A DNA stretch of 64,000 nucleotides from Candidatus Latescibacterota bacterium. Its GTDB lineage: Bacteria > Latescibacterota > UBA2968 > UBA8231. The translations under genes and the position numbers were made by a program. Positions within the stretch are counted from its first letter, which is position 1. Each line of letters starts with the position of its first letter. The notes under the pieces are model-generated. The model saw only the letters and a program-made list of their open reading frames with translations. It was not told where the DNA came from and did not search any database. The stretch is from the NCBI GenBank assembly GCA_965217585.1, contig OZ244561.1, positions 3,360,001 to 3,424,000 of the forward strand, read 5' to 3'. Shown here one piece after another: positions 29,976 to 39,423 of the stretch.

Positions 29976-31148
29976 TCACCCATTCCGCCCCAAGCGCACG
30001 TCCTCTGCCGCCAGCCACTCGGCGTATGGGCGCGGCATGGGATCGGGTGGGGGCAGGCCGTTTTCGCGCCGCCAGCGCAGGAGGGGATGGGCGCGGTCTT
30101 GCTGGGGTAAGTCCACCCGTTTGCCGTACGCGGCGGACTCGAAGATGCCCATCATGATTTCCACGATGTGATGGCCGACTGGGCCGCTGCATTCGTGCTC
30201 GCGGCCCGCGTCGAGTGCTGCGACGTACTCCTCTACATAGGCGTAGTCGTCTGGGTGGGCGGAACTCTGTGGATCGTAGCCTGTGCAGTAGATGGGTGGG
30301 AGCACTTCATAGGGTTCTTTTTGGTCGTTGAGGGCATAGTGGGGCTGCGACAGTAGGAACGCGCCGAGGTCCCTTTTCCAGACGAGCTGCGAGAGTACTA
30401 AGCGACCTTCGCTGCCGCAGAATTCTATCACCGGATTGACCGGGGTGGGGAAGCGGTGTTGCAGGAGGGTTGCGGTGACGCCGTCGGCAAAACTGAGCGT
30501 CGCGGTGATGTGTTCGCCAGCGATGGTGCCCATGCCTTGCGGAGAGGGCACCACATCCGTCAGGCTGATGGGGCGGCCATCGGTGGTGGCGGTGGCCACA
30601 ACGCTGTGGCACGGGCCGGCGACCTTGAGCACGTTGTTGATTATGTGCGTGCCGATATTCATTAGGTTGTAGCCGCCGTAGTAGTTCTTGCCGTGGGCGT
30701 GGATGTGGCGCAACTGGCCGATGCGCCCCTCGGCGAGGGCTTTGGCCACGGCTTTCATATAGACGCCGACGCGCCCTTGATGATGCACTGCGATGCGCGC
30801 GTTTTTTTCACGGGCCTTGGCTAGCACCTCGTCGGCCTGCTGGCAATCGACGCACAGCGGTTTTTCAATGTCGATGTGGACGCCGTATTCGAGTGTGCGC
30901 AGCGCTAGCGCGTGGTGGAATTCCGTGCCGGTGGGAATGGCGACGATATCGGGTTGGTGCTGTCCGATCATCGCGTCTAGATCCGTGTAGCGGGCCGCGA
31001 CCCCGAGTTCTTCGCCTAGGGTGTCGAGCCGATCTTGCACGAGGTCGCAGAGGGCGACGATTTCCGTGCGGGGGTGGGCGTGGTACGCGCGTGCTGCGGC
31101 CGTGCCGCGGCCCCGGCAACCTAATATGGCCACGCGATAGCTTTTCAT
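29976..31148 (-). CDS. Gfo/Idh/MocA oxidoreductase
   Basis: VAILGCRGRG, HIDIEKP and LMNIGTH. Confidence 0.9.
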   Translation of the reverse strand: MKSYRVAILGCRGRGTAAARAYHAHPRTEIVALCDLVQDRLDTLGEELGVAARYTDLDAMIGQHQPDIVAIPTGTEFHHALALRTLEYGVHIDIEKPLCVDCQQADEVLAKAREKNARIAVHHQGRVGVYMKAVAKALAEGRIGQLRHIHAHGKNYYGGYNLMNIGTHIINNVLKVAGPCHSVVATATTDGRPISLTDVVPSPQGMGTIAGEHITATLSFADGVTATLLQHRFPTPVNPVIEFCGSEGRLVLSQLVWKRDLGAFLLSQPHYALNDQKEPYEVLPPIYCTGYDPQSSAHPDDYAYVEEYVAALDAGREHECSGPVGHHIVEIMMGIFESAAYGKRVDLPQQDRAHPLLRWRRENGLPPPDPMPRPYAEWLAAEDVRLGRNG

Positions 31149-31258
31149 ATCATCCTCCTAGTGGGCTGAGTATTGGAAGCCGAGAAAGCGACGCCTATAT
31201 TGAGCGTGGTCCGCCTCGGCGCGAAACGGTGCTGAGGTATTATACTAAGGAGGAAAAC

Positions 31259-32140
31259 ATGGGACAATTCCACGGGGTAGTGCCGGCGATTATCAGTCCG
31301 AAAAACGAGGATGGCACTCTAAACGAAGAGGCCTTCCGCGCCACAATGGAGTTCAATATACAAGCTGGCGTACACGGCTTTTGGGTCGCCGGCGGCACCG
31401 GCGAGAGCGTCCTGCTCGACGACGAGGAGAACCAGCGCATCGCCGAAATCGCCGCCGATCAGAACGCGGGACGCACCCAAGTCATCATGCACGTGGGGGC
31501 CAATACTACGGCGCGGGCCGAAAAATTGGCGGCGCATGCAGCTCAAGCTGGAGTGGAAGCCGTCTGTGCGGTACCTCCCTTTTTCTACCAAGGCGACGAC
31601 GACGGTGTGGTAGAATACTATCGGGCCGTGGGGGCCGCGGCCGATCGGCCGCTGTTCATCTACAACTTGCCCGGTTGCACCGGCCTCGATGTCAGTCCGG
31701 CCCTGATGCAGCGCCTAGTCGAGGAAGTGCCCCAGACTGTCGGTTTGAAACACTCGTCGCCGGTATTCGCCAACCTGCTCGAATTCGTCGGCATGGGGCT
31801 AGACGCCTTTATCGGCAGCGGCAAGCTGATGTTGCCGGCCATGACTGTCGGGGCCGTTGGGTCGGTCGATGGTCCTTTGTGCGCGGCCCCGGAACTGTGG
31901 ATGGCCATTTGGAATGCCTATCAGGCAGGCGATCTGGCCGCTGCAAAACAGGCCCAGGAACGGGCCACTGCCTTTCACCGCACGGTGGCGCAATTCGGCT
32001 ATTTCGGCAGTGTCTTGGCCGTGGTCAGTCAGCGCATAGGGATGGAGTGCGGCGATCCCCGGCGGCCGTTGCGACCCGTGCAACCCGACGAGCGCGAGAC
32101 GCTGTTGGCGCAGGTGGAGGCTCTTGGGATTACGACCTGA
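31259..32140 (+). CDS. Dihydrodipicolinate synthase/N-acetylneuraminate lyase family aldolase
   Basis: GGTGE, VPPFFY, IYNLP and VGLKHS (Schiff-base Lys); AAGGAGG RBS before ATG 31259. Confidence 0.92.
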   Translation: MGQFHGVVPAIISPKNEDGTLNEEAFRATMEFNIQAGVHGFWVAGGTGESVLLDDEENQRIAEIAADQNAGRTQVIMHVGANTTARAEKLAAHAAQAGVEAVCAVPPFFYQGDDDGVVEYYRAVGAAADRPLFIYNLPGCTGLDVSPALMQRLVEEVPQTVGLKHSSPVFANLLEFVGMGLDAFIGSGKLMLPAMTVGAVGSVDGPLCAAPELWMAIWNAYQAGDLAAAKQAQERATAFHRTVAQFGYFGSVLAVVSQRIGMECGDPRRPLRPVQPDERETLLAQVEALGITT

Positions 32141-32255
32141 GCTAGCGGCTAAGGCGCTCTGGACGAAAAGGTGTAATTCCCCTGAATTTCGGGCTGGTTG
32201 GGGTTCGGAAACAGGATTAGTGGGGTTGGGGGATGGACAGGATTGAACGATATGG

Positions 32256-32293
32256 AAAGGGGACGAGGTGTGTTGAACCTCGTCCCCTTTTTT
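32256..32293. terminator. Intrinsic terminator between convergent genes
   Basis: 14-bp stem AAAGGGGACGAGGT / ACCTCGTCCCCTTT followed by a T tract. Confidence 0.82.
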
Positions 32294-32319
32294 AAGCTGC
32301 CTTGCAGATGTGCAGAGCG

Positions 32320-33240
32320 CTAGCGGCTGATGTGGTTTTTGATGCGGCCCCAGGTGGTGTGCTCGACGGCCGTGGATACGGTCGGGTAGTTGGCCAAATC
32401 GACGGTTTCGATGATCACGTAGTCGCACAGATGGTCGCCGTTTGCAGCGGTGTTGAAGCCGCTGCCCGTGCGCCCGAAGATGCTCTGCTGACCATTGACT
32501 TCCTTGTCGCGATCCATCCACAGGGTGTGCAGACCTATCACCTGATCGGGTGCGAACACATGCGGGATGCTGGCGTCTGGGCCGAGGATGTCGTAGCGCA
32601 CGAACGGGGACGAGATCTTCATCTCGTACGTGTATTCGACGTTGGATGATAGGTGACCGGCGTCCGCCGGCAGGAGGGTGGCCGCGGTGGTGCAATACGG
32701 CGGCAGTGCCCCCCAGTCCTCTAGGCCAGGCTCCTGCAAGTCGATGGAAATGGTGCCGCCGAGCTGGGAGTCGAACAGCGGGTGGATGTTGATGCGATAC
32801 CCGTTGTACACCTCCTCGGTGCTCGTCCAGGACATCGGCCCGCCCGAGTGGTCCATGTCCATGTTGAACTCAATGGAGTCGTCGTTCCACCAATTGCGCT
32901 TTACCTCGGACTCGGCTGCGCCGAGGGTGTCGTCGGTGACGCGGGCGAATAAATAGAGGGAATTGTCCGGCGGTGGACTCCAACCCATGCGATAGCTGGC
33001 CGACCAGTCTTCCGGGATGCCGTTGCCGCCGAGGCCAGTGCCGTCGCCGCTTTGGGCCTCGATATCCTCGGGAGCGATGATAAAGTCTGGATCGATCCAG
33101 GCCCAGTCATCCTCAGAGCCGTCGATGACCATAGAGTTGGGGTCTGGAATCGTAGGGATAAAACCAGTTACGCCGTTGTGGGCCGAGGCCACACCAGAGA
33201 CGGCGAGCACTAGGATCAGGGCGAGATGAGAGCGTTTCAT
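32320..33240 (-). CDS. Secreted CBM9/DOMON-like protein with C-terminal AVEHTTWGRIK motif (paralog 1)
   Basis: Signal peptide (VASA-H); IDGSEDDW, LYLFARVTDD and WWNDDSIEF..D.DHSGG. Confidence 0.72.
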   Translation of the reverse strand: MKRSHLALILVLAVSGVASAHNGVTGFIPTIPDPNSMVIDGSEDDWAWIDPDFIIAPEDIEAQSGDGTGLGGNGIPEDWSASYRMGWSPPPDNSLYLFARVTDDTLGAAESEVKRNWWNDDSIEFNMDMDHSGGPMSWTSTEEVYNGYRINIHPLFDSQLGGTISIDLQEPGLEDWGALPPYCTTAATLLPADAGHLSSNVEYTYEMKISSPFVRYDILGPDASIPHVFAPDQVIGLHTLWMDRDKEVNGQQSIFGRTGSGFNTAANGDHLCDYVIIETVDLANYPTVSTAVEHTTWGRIKNHISR

Positions 33241-33291
33241 CTTGAAGCCCCTTTCTTTAAATGGGATGAGGTGGGAGGGCTGAATTTTGTT

Positions 33292-33320
33292 GATATACAA
33301 GCCTATATTGTACTTGTCAA
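33292..33320 (-). promoter_or_regulatory. Putative sigma70 promoter
   Basis: TTGACA-17 nt-TATATC upstream of paralog 1. Confidence 0.55.
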
Positions 33321-33340
33321 CAAGAAAATAGGCATTCGTC

Positions 33341-34672
33341 TCATGGTTGCGCCTGCAAATGCCGGTAGGCCGCCATGGCCGCTTCGCCTCGGGCCGTTTG
33401 CCCCTGTTTGAGGTAAATCAGCCCCAAGTTGTAGTGGGCATCCGCGAAATTGGGGTCTATTTTGAGGGCCTTTTGCAAGGCTTGGGTCGCGGCGTCCATC
33501 TGGCTTCTCCGCATGTACGTGATGCCTAAGTTGTTGTAAGCGCGGACGTAGCGCGGGTGGTAGCGGAGGATGGTCTCGTACTCTTGGGTGGCCTCGGCCA
33601 GCCGCCCTTGCTTTAGGAGGATGTTGGCCAAGTTGTTGTGCGCACTGAGGTCGGCCGGGTTGATGGATAGTGCTTTGTGATATTCAGCGATCGCGGCTTG
33701 GGGGTGCCCTTGATCGGCGTAGAGTACGCCGAGATTGTAGTGGGCGTGCGCGTCCTCTGGGTAGAGCTGCAGTAGATAGCGGTAGTGCCCGATTTCCTCG
33801 CTCGCGGTTTGGAGCCGCGCGAAAGCCGCGAGCAGTTTTTCTCCTTTGGTCTTCTTCCCTTGCCTGAGATAGAGCGAGCCGAGCCGGTGAAAGGCCTCGG
33901 GTTCAAAGGGGTCGGACGCAATGGCTTGCTGCCAAGCAGCCTCGGCGGCGGCGTGCCGTTCCTGTTGCAGCAACACCTGCCCCAGCGCAATGCGCGCCTT
34001 GGCGTGGTCTGGCTGCTGGCGCAGGGCCGCGCGCAAGCTGGCCTCTGCTTCTTGGCCGCGTCCGATTTTGGCGAAGATCTGCCCTAGCTGGTAGTGAGCT
34101 TGGGCATAGCTGGAATCGAGCTGCGCGGCCTGCTGCCAGTGGACAATGGCCGCTTCGTACTGACCCTGACGCTCGTAGATCATGCCCAAGCTGTACTGCA
34201 TGACCGCACTCTCTGGCTGAAGCGCTAGGGCTTTTTTGAGTGCGTCGCCCGCAGCCGCATAGCGATCGTCGTCGATGAGGACGACCGCGAGTTGGTGGTA
34301 GGTTGCGGCGCGATTGGGGTCTAGCTGGATGGCCTGCCGATACGCGGCTTCGGCCTCGTCGTTGCGGCGCTGGCGCGCAAACGCCCTGCCGAGCGCGAAA
34401 TAGCCCTCGGCCCGCTGCGGCTCGAGTTCGATCACCTGCTGGCAGTGTTGTGTCGCCAATGCGGGCTGGCCGTACTTGAGCAGCAGGCGCGCGAGGAGCA
34501 GGTGAGCCTCCGCGTAAGAGGAATCGGCTGCCAAAGCGCGGCGACACTCCGCAATGGCCTCTACATAGCGCCCTGCTTCGGCGTGGAGATTGCAGTCGTC
34601 GTAATGGACTTCTGCCGCGTTCCCACACGCCCACACCAGCGCCCCCCAAATGAAGAATGGGATCCTTTGCAC
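33341..34672 (-). CDS. TPR repeat lipoprotein (paralog A)
   Basis: GTG start after GAGGT; LVWAC lipobox-like motif; multiple TPR repeats (AHYNLG, AYNNLG). Confidence 0.88.
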   Translation of the reverse strand: MQRIPFFIWGALVWACGNAAEVHYDDCNLHAEAGRYVEAIAECRRALAADSSYAEAHLLLARLLLKYGQPALATQHCQQVIELEPQRAEGYFALGRAFARQRRNDEAEAAYRQAIQLDPNRAATYHQLAVVLIDDDRYAAAGDALKKALALQPESAVMQYSLGMIYERQGQYEAAIVHWQQAAQLDSSYAQAHYQLGQIFAKIGRGQEAEASLRAALRQQPDHAKARIALGQVLLQQERHAAAEAAWQQAIASDPFEPEAFHRLGSLYLRQGKKTKGEKLLAAFARLQTASEEIGHYRYLLQLYPEDAHAHYNLGVLYADQGHPQAAIAEYHKALSINPADLSAHNNLANILLKQGRLAEATQEYETILRYHPRYVRAYNNLGITYMRRSQMDAATQALQKALKIDPNFADAHYNLGLIYLKQGQTARGEAAMAAYRHLQAQP

Positions 34673-34779
34673 TTGCGTACCTCGACTAGGCGACCTTATC
34701 TCACGTAACAACGACCGGAACGTATAAGCTATCTTATAAACGGACGTTCCGTAGGGACCATATAGTGTGGTTGCTTTTT

Positions 34780-36381
34780 ATGAAAAAACCAATGCAAATC
34801 CTCCTAGCCGGCCTAGCCCTAGTCGCGCTCGCTTTTGCGGTAATGAAAGCCGGTCTCTGGGATGCTCTGCACGCGCCCGCGATCTATCCGCCCATGCCGG
34901 CGCACCCGCCCCTAGTCGCAGCCCCCGACTCTCTCCCACCCCCTGTTTTGACCTATTGCGGCATGTGCCATGCCGTGCCCCACCCACAAGTCCTGACGCG
35001 GGAACTGTGGCCACAAAAAATGCAGTTGATGTTTGATTTGATGGAGCAACAAGAGATTGCCATATCCGAGGAACACAAAAGGGAATGCTTGGATTTCTAC
35101 GTCGCAAATAGCCCCGAGGCCTTTGCGGTCTTGCCATCGGACCCTGAAGAACCCGCGCCGCCCTTTCGGAAGTACGTCCTCGGCCAGCCCGTGCGGAATT
35201 TCGACCCCGAGGAATGGACCTCGTGGCCCAAGATCGCCAATGTCAACGTCGTGGATCTAAACCGCGATAGCAAACCAGATGTCTTGGTCTGCGACGCCCA
35301 ATATCACTTGCTGTCTTGGATCCACCAGCAAGAGGGCCGCTGGGTAGAAACCGTCCTCGCGGGAATGCGCACTCCCCTGCCGGGCTTTAAGGCACCGGCT
35401 CGCTCTGCCGTGTTTGACTTTGAAGGCGATGGCGACTTGGACATCGTCGTCGCGCTGCTGGGCCAATTGATGCCCACGGACGAGCTACTCGGACAAGTGG
35501 TCCTGCTGGTCAACGATGGCCGCCAGTCCTTCAGGCCCATCACTGTATTAAAGGACATGCCCCGCATCGCGGACGTGCGGCCCGCCGACTTGGACGGCGA
35601 CGGCGACTGGGACTTTGCGCTCGCCATGTTTGGCTGGTATCGCACGGGCGAAGTCGCTTGGCTGGAGCAAGTGACGGGCAGTCCGCACAACAAGGTCCAC
35701 ACCTTGTCGAGCAAAAGCGGCTGTACGCACGTGCCCATCGGCGACCTCAATGGCGACGGCAAGCCCGACATCGTCGCCCTGATCACCCAGGAATTTGAGC
35801 AGATCGTCGCGTTTATCAACCAGGGCGGTGGCGCGTTTGCCGAGCATGTCTTGTTCGAAGCGCGCAACCCGGCGTTTGGTTCGTCGGGCATTGAGTTGGT
35901 CGATCTGGATCAGGACGCCGACCTCGACATTTTATTCACCAACGGCGATGGCTTCGACGGCACGGATGCCAAGCCGTATCACGGGGTGCAGTGGCTGGAG
36001 AATGTGGGCGAGTTGCACTTTGTGTACCACGACCTCACCCGGTTCTACGGAGCGTACTCGGCCAACGCCGCCGACGTGGACCTGGACGGCGACTTGGACA
36101 TTGTGGCGGCCAATTGTTTTATGAGCAGCACGGCCAACTACTGGGAGCACTTGCCCCGCCAGGGTTTGATCTGGCTGGAAAACGATGGCCAGCAGCGCTT
36201 CACGCGCCACGCCATTACCCGCGACCCCTCCCACTTCATCACCACGGATTTGGGCGATCTAGACGGCGATGGCCGGCCCGACATCGTCGCCGGCGGCATG
36301 CACGTCTTTCCGCCCTTTCCCCCGCCCGCCCGCCTCGGCCGCGTGAGCCTGTGGGTGAACCGCATCCCCGCCGCTCCATAG
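34780..36381 (+). CDS. Cytochrome c-motif FG-GAP/VCBS beta-propeller protein (paralog 1)
   Basis: N-terminal hydrophobic anchor, YCGMCH (CxxCH) and seven DxDxDG-type FG-GAP repeats. Confidence 0.88.
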   Translation: MKKPMQILLAGLALVALAFAVMKAGLWDALHAPAIYPPMPAHPPLVAAPDSLPPPVLTYCGMCHAVPHPQVLTRELWPQKMQLMFDLMEQQEIAISEEHKRECLDFYVANSPEAFAVLPSDPEEPAPPFRKYVLGQPVRNFDPEEWTSWPKIANVNVVDLNRDSKPDVLVCDAQYHLLSWIHQQEGRWVETVLAGMRTPLPGFKAPARSAVFDFEGDGDLDIVVALLGQLMPTDELLGQVVLLVNDGRQSFRPITVLKDMPRIADVRPADLDGDGDWDFALAMFGWYRTGEVAWLEQVTGSPHNKVHTLSSKSGCTHVPIGDLNGDGKPDIVALITQEFEQIVAFINQGGGAFAEHVLFEARNPAFGSSGIELVDLDQDADLDILFTNGDGFDGTDAKPYHGVQWLENVGELHFVYHDLTRFYGAYSANAADVDLDGDLDIVAANCFMSSTANYWEHLPRQGLIWLENDGQQRFTRHAITRDPSHFITTDLGDLDGDGRPDIVAGGMHVFPPFPPPARLGRVSLWVNRIPAAP

Positions 36382-36383
36382 CA

Positions 36384-38330
36384 CTAGAGGAACAGGCCGT
36401 TGCCGATCATGCCGGTCAGGCCGTCTATCACCCAGAACACGCCGTAGATGGTGAATTGCCCGAGCACTAGCCCGAGGAAGAACGGCCGCACCGTCCGGTA
36501 TGTGCTCACTCCGCCGTAGCGCAGGATGGGCGTTTTGAACAGCCAAGCCAAAAAGGCGTTGAAAGCCATCCAGCGGAAGGTGGAGCTGATGGGAAAGCCG
36601 ATGGGATGCAGGGGCCACCAGCCCCAGTAGCGCCGCGCCATCATCAAGAGCACCATGACCGTGCTGCCGATCCCGGCGTGGAACCAGCCCAGCCAGTGCG
36701 GCCCCGAGGGGTTGGCGATGCGCGCGGCTGTATAATCCCCTAGATAGGTCGGCAGCCATATAAAATGCACCGGCCGCAGGTTGATTGCCCCGTGGGTGTA
36801 AGCCAAGTGCAGCAGCATCCACAGCGCCCCGGCCATGCCCAGCAGGATGGCCGCCAACATGCCCCAGAACAGCCGTCGTCGCCGCCCCTCGATCTGCTCG
36901 CTCAGCTTCAGTCCGTTGGCCACGTGCGGCATGGCGAAATTGAGCAGGTCGTTGCCCAAGATGCGAGTGAACGCGAGGCCGACCAGCCCCGCTGGCCCAA
37001 AAAAAGCCGACGTGCCAACGGCCGACACGGCCGCGTCGGCCACGACCATGGGGGTGTAAATCACGGCGACCCCCCCTTCGGCGATCACCCGGGTCAGCGC
37101 GACGAAGATCACCAGCGCGAAAAACAAGAAGACCGCGACGCCCCACAGCGGTATGCCCAAATTCCACAACCACAGCACCATGACCCCGGTGCTGCCCAGC
37201 AGTCCCAAGACCGCGGCTCGATAGGACAGCACCTCGTCGCTGTCATCGACATCCGGCGCGCGGCCCAAGGCCTTGCGGCAGACGTTCCACAGGTGCTCGC
37301 GGCCCACCCAGAAGCCGCCGATTACCAGCGCGATCATCGCCCCCATGCCCTGATGCACGAGGCTGGGCAGGCCGTAGCTCCACACACTCACGGCGGGCGC
37401 GGCACTCACCCCCCAGCCGATTTCTCGATAGATGAACTCCTGCAAGTTGTTGAGCAGGGTGAATACCCACAGCCCGAGGGCCACCTCGCGCTGGATCAAA
37501 AAGAAAAAGCCCAGCGTGGCAAAGCTCAGCCGGACGCCGCCGAAAATCGGGAGGTTCGCGTGCAACTGCACCGTTGGGATAAAGGAAAAGTACGCGTGCA
37601 GGCCGGCCACGGCTCCGGTAATTGCAGACACGGCAAAGCCGACCCACATCACTGGGTTGCGGAAAAACGGCTTGATGAGCGACCCTCGCTCGTCGTCCTG
37701 CACCATGGCGAGGGGCACCTGCATCACCGGATAGATCAGTCGCTCGTGCTCTACCCAGCGCCGTCGCAGGATCACCATCAAGCACAGGGTGGCCACGTGC
37801 ATGGCCACCAGCATGGGCAGCCAGCCTGCTATCGGCTCGAACCAGACCTGCCAAGGAATGCCCGCGGCTTCCCCTTCGCTGCCCTCAAAAAAGGCGCGGA
37901 TGGCCTCGGGATCGCGCGGCGCGAGCCAGGGGGGAATGTGGGGGTTAATCAGTTCCAGCCAGTTGTTTTCGGAACGGGCATAGTAAAATGGACTGGCCAC
38001 CACGGGCACCCACTGGTGCACCAAGACGTGGGTCGAATTGGCCAAGCTGGTCAGGATGAAGACGACGAGTAACTCGCCCTTTTGCAAGACCCAAGCGCGC
38101 CGCACGGCCCCCAGCACCCCGTTGCAGCAGACGATGAGGACGAACAAGAGGCAAAGGGCTATCTGGCTGGTGAAATAGCTGCTGGCGTTGGCACCCTGTA
38201 TGTACAGCGAAAGATAGGGCCCGACCGCGCCGACCAGTAACGCTAGGACCAAGCCGATGCCCAAGGCCCGCAAGGTCAGCCCGGAGGATAGGTATGAGCG
38301 CGTGTTAATTTCTTGCTGATCGGCGGTCAC
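36384..38330 (-). CDS. Polytopic membrane protein, DUF6785/DUF6784-like putative transporter
   Basis: Many TM segments; LRRRWVEHERLIYP, RVIAEGG, WWPLHPIG, ILRYGG and PFFLGLVLG. Confidence 0.8.
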   Translation of the reverse strand: MTADQQEINTRSYLSSGLTLRALGIGLVLALLVGAVGPYLSLYIQGANASSYFTSQIALCLLFVLIVCCNGVLGAVRRAWVLQKGELLVVFILTSLANSTHVLVHQWVPVVASPFYYARSENNWLELINPHIPPWLAPRDPEAIRAFFEGSEGEAAGIPWQVWFEPIAGWLPMLVAMHVATLCLMVILRRRWVEHERLIYPVMQVPLAMVQDDERGSLIKPFFRNPVMWVGFAVSAITGAVAGLHAYFSFIPTVQLHANLPIFGGVRLSFATLGFFFLIQREVALGLWVFTLLNNLQEFIYREIGWGVSAAPAVSVWSYGLPSLVHQGMGAMIALVIGGFWVGREHLWNVCRKALGRAPDVDDSDEVLSYRAAVLGLLGSTGVMVLWLWNLGIPLWGVAVFLFFALVIFVALTRVIAEGGVAVIYTPMVVADAAVSAVGTSAFFGPAGLVGLAFTRILGNDLLNFAMPHVANGLKLSEQIEGRRRRLFWGMLAAILLGMAGALWMLLHLAYTHGAINLRPVHFIWLPTYLGDYTAARIANPSGPHWLGWFHAGIGSTVMVLLMMARRYWGWWPLHPIGFPISSTFRWMAFNAFLAWLFKTPILRYGGVSTYRTVRPFFLGLVLGQFTIYGVFWVIDGLTGMIGNGLFL

Positions 38331-38356
38331 TCGGCGGTTCCTCGCGTTAATTTTTC

Positions 38357-38385
38357 TTGACAAGTCCTTGCACCACACTTAGATA
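38357..38385 (+). promoter_or_regulatory. Putative sigma70 promoter
   Basis: TTGACA-17 nt-TAGATA; shares TTGACAAGT with the promoter of paralog 1. Confidence 0.5.
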
Positions 38386-38440
38386 TTTACGCGGTATCTC
38401 GTGCAAGCAGCAAGCCGTTGTTTGCAGAAAGGAGCGCAGG

Positions 38441-39367
38441 ATGAAAACATCCGCCTTTGCAGTGCTTTTAGCGCTGGCCCTCGCTGGCGCAGCCGCGGCT
38501 CACACCGGGGCAATTTTTTTCCTCCCCTCGGTCCCCGATCCTTCGGCCATGAACATAGATGGTTCGGAAGACGACTGGGGTTGGTTCGACCGAGACTTTG
38601 CCGTAAGGCCCGACGGTATTGAGGCTTGGGCTGGGCAATTCGTTGGTCAGGGGCCGGGAGCCCAGGGCGACGACTACCAAGCGAGCTATTTCATGGCTTG
38701 GAGCTTGCCCCCAGACAATGCCCTCTACTTCTTCGCTCGGGTGGCCGACGATACTCTCAAGAGTAGCTGGGGAGACAACCTGCGGAACTGGTGGGACGAC
38801 GACACCATGATGATCGGAGTCGATGCCGACCACTCTGGAGGGTCGATCTTGGTGAACGAAAATATCGACGAGGCGCAGAACGGCTATCGCATTGTAGCCA
38901 ACTCGTTGGCCACCAATGAATTCGGCATCGACTACGGCGGCATCCTAGGCGGGGGCGACTTCCCCGAGGGCGACTGGGGAGGGCAGCCGCCTTGGGGCTT
39001 GGGTGCCACGCAAGTCACCCCGCCAGACGCCACTCACGGGTCGACGAATGTCGAGTACACCTATGAGCTGAAGCTGGCTTTGTGGGCCTCGTACGATCCG
39101 GCCGGTCCGGACGGTGATTTGAACCAGCGCTACATGTTCGCGCCCGACCAGGTCACCCACACGACGCCGCGCCTCAACGACGTCGATAACCCGGAAGGCG
39201 GCGGTGGTGCCGGCATGTACGGGTACGTAGGCGGCGCGTTCGACGGACAGGCCGATGGCGACTTGGCCGCCGACTTCCAGACCCTTCTGACGCACGAGCC
39301 TGCTACGGCAGTGGAAAACGTCACTTGGGGGCGGATCAAGAGCCACACGCATAGCCTGCTCGATTGA
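38441..39367 (+). CDS. Secreted CBM9/DOMON-like protein with C-terminal AVENVTWGRIK motif (paralog 2)
   Basis: AAGGAG RBS, signal peptide (AAAA-H), IDGSEDDW, YFFARVADD and WWDDD. Confidence 0.72.
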   Translation: MKTSAFAVLLALALAGAAAAHTGAIFFLPSVPDPSAMNIDGSEDDWGWFDRDFAVRPDGIEAWAGQFVGQGPGAQGDDYQASYFMAWSLPPDNALYFFARVADDTLKSSWGDNLRNWWDDDTMMIGVDADHSGGSILVNENIDEAQNGYRIVANSLATNEFGIDYGGILGGGDFPEGDWGGQPPWGLGATQVTPPDATHGSTNVEYTYELKLALWASYDPAGPDGDLNQRYMFAPDQVTHTTPRLNDVDNPEGGGGAGMYGYVGGAFDGQADGDLAADFQTLLTHEPATAVENVTWGRIKSHTHSLLD

Positions 39368-39389
39368 GCGTTACTGGCAGGTTGCTTGC

Positions 39390-39422
39390 AGGGGACGGGG
39401 CGCACGCCTCGTCCCCTTTTTT
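39390..39422 (+). terminator. Intrinsic terminator
   Basis: AGGGGACGGGGCG / CGCCTCGTCCCCT stem followed by a T tract. Confidence 0.8.
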
Positions 39423-39423
39423 G

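Noticed and set aside
32141-32328. GCTAGCGGCT at 32141 matching the 3' end of paralog 1, as another gene-end duplication
   Set aside because: Only 10 bp, with no cargo gene between the copies.
26823-38072. Long antisense or alternative-frame ORFs (e.g. 26823-27731, 28211-29158, 33903-34649, 36765-38072)
   Set aside because: They shadow well-supported genes, lack motifs and are expected in GC-rich DNA.
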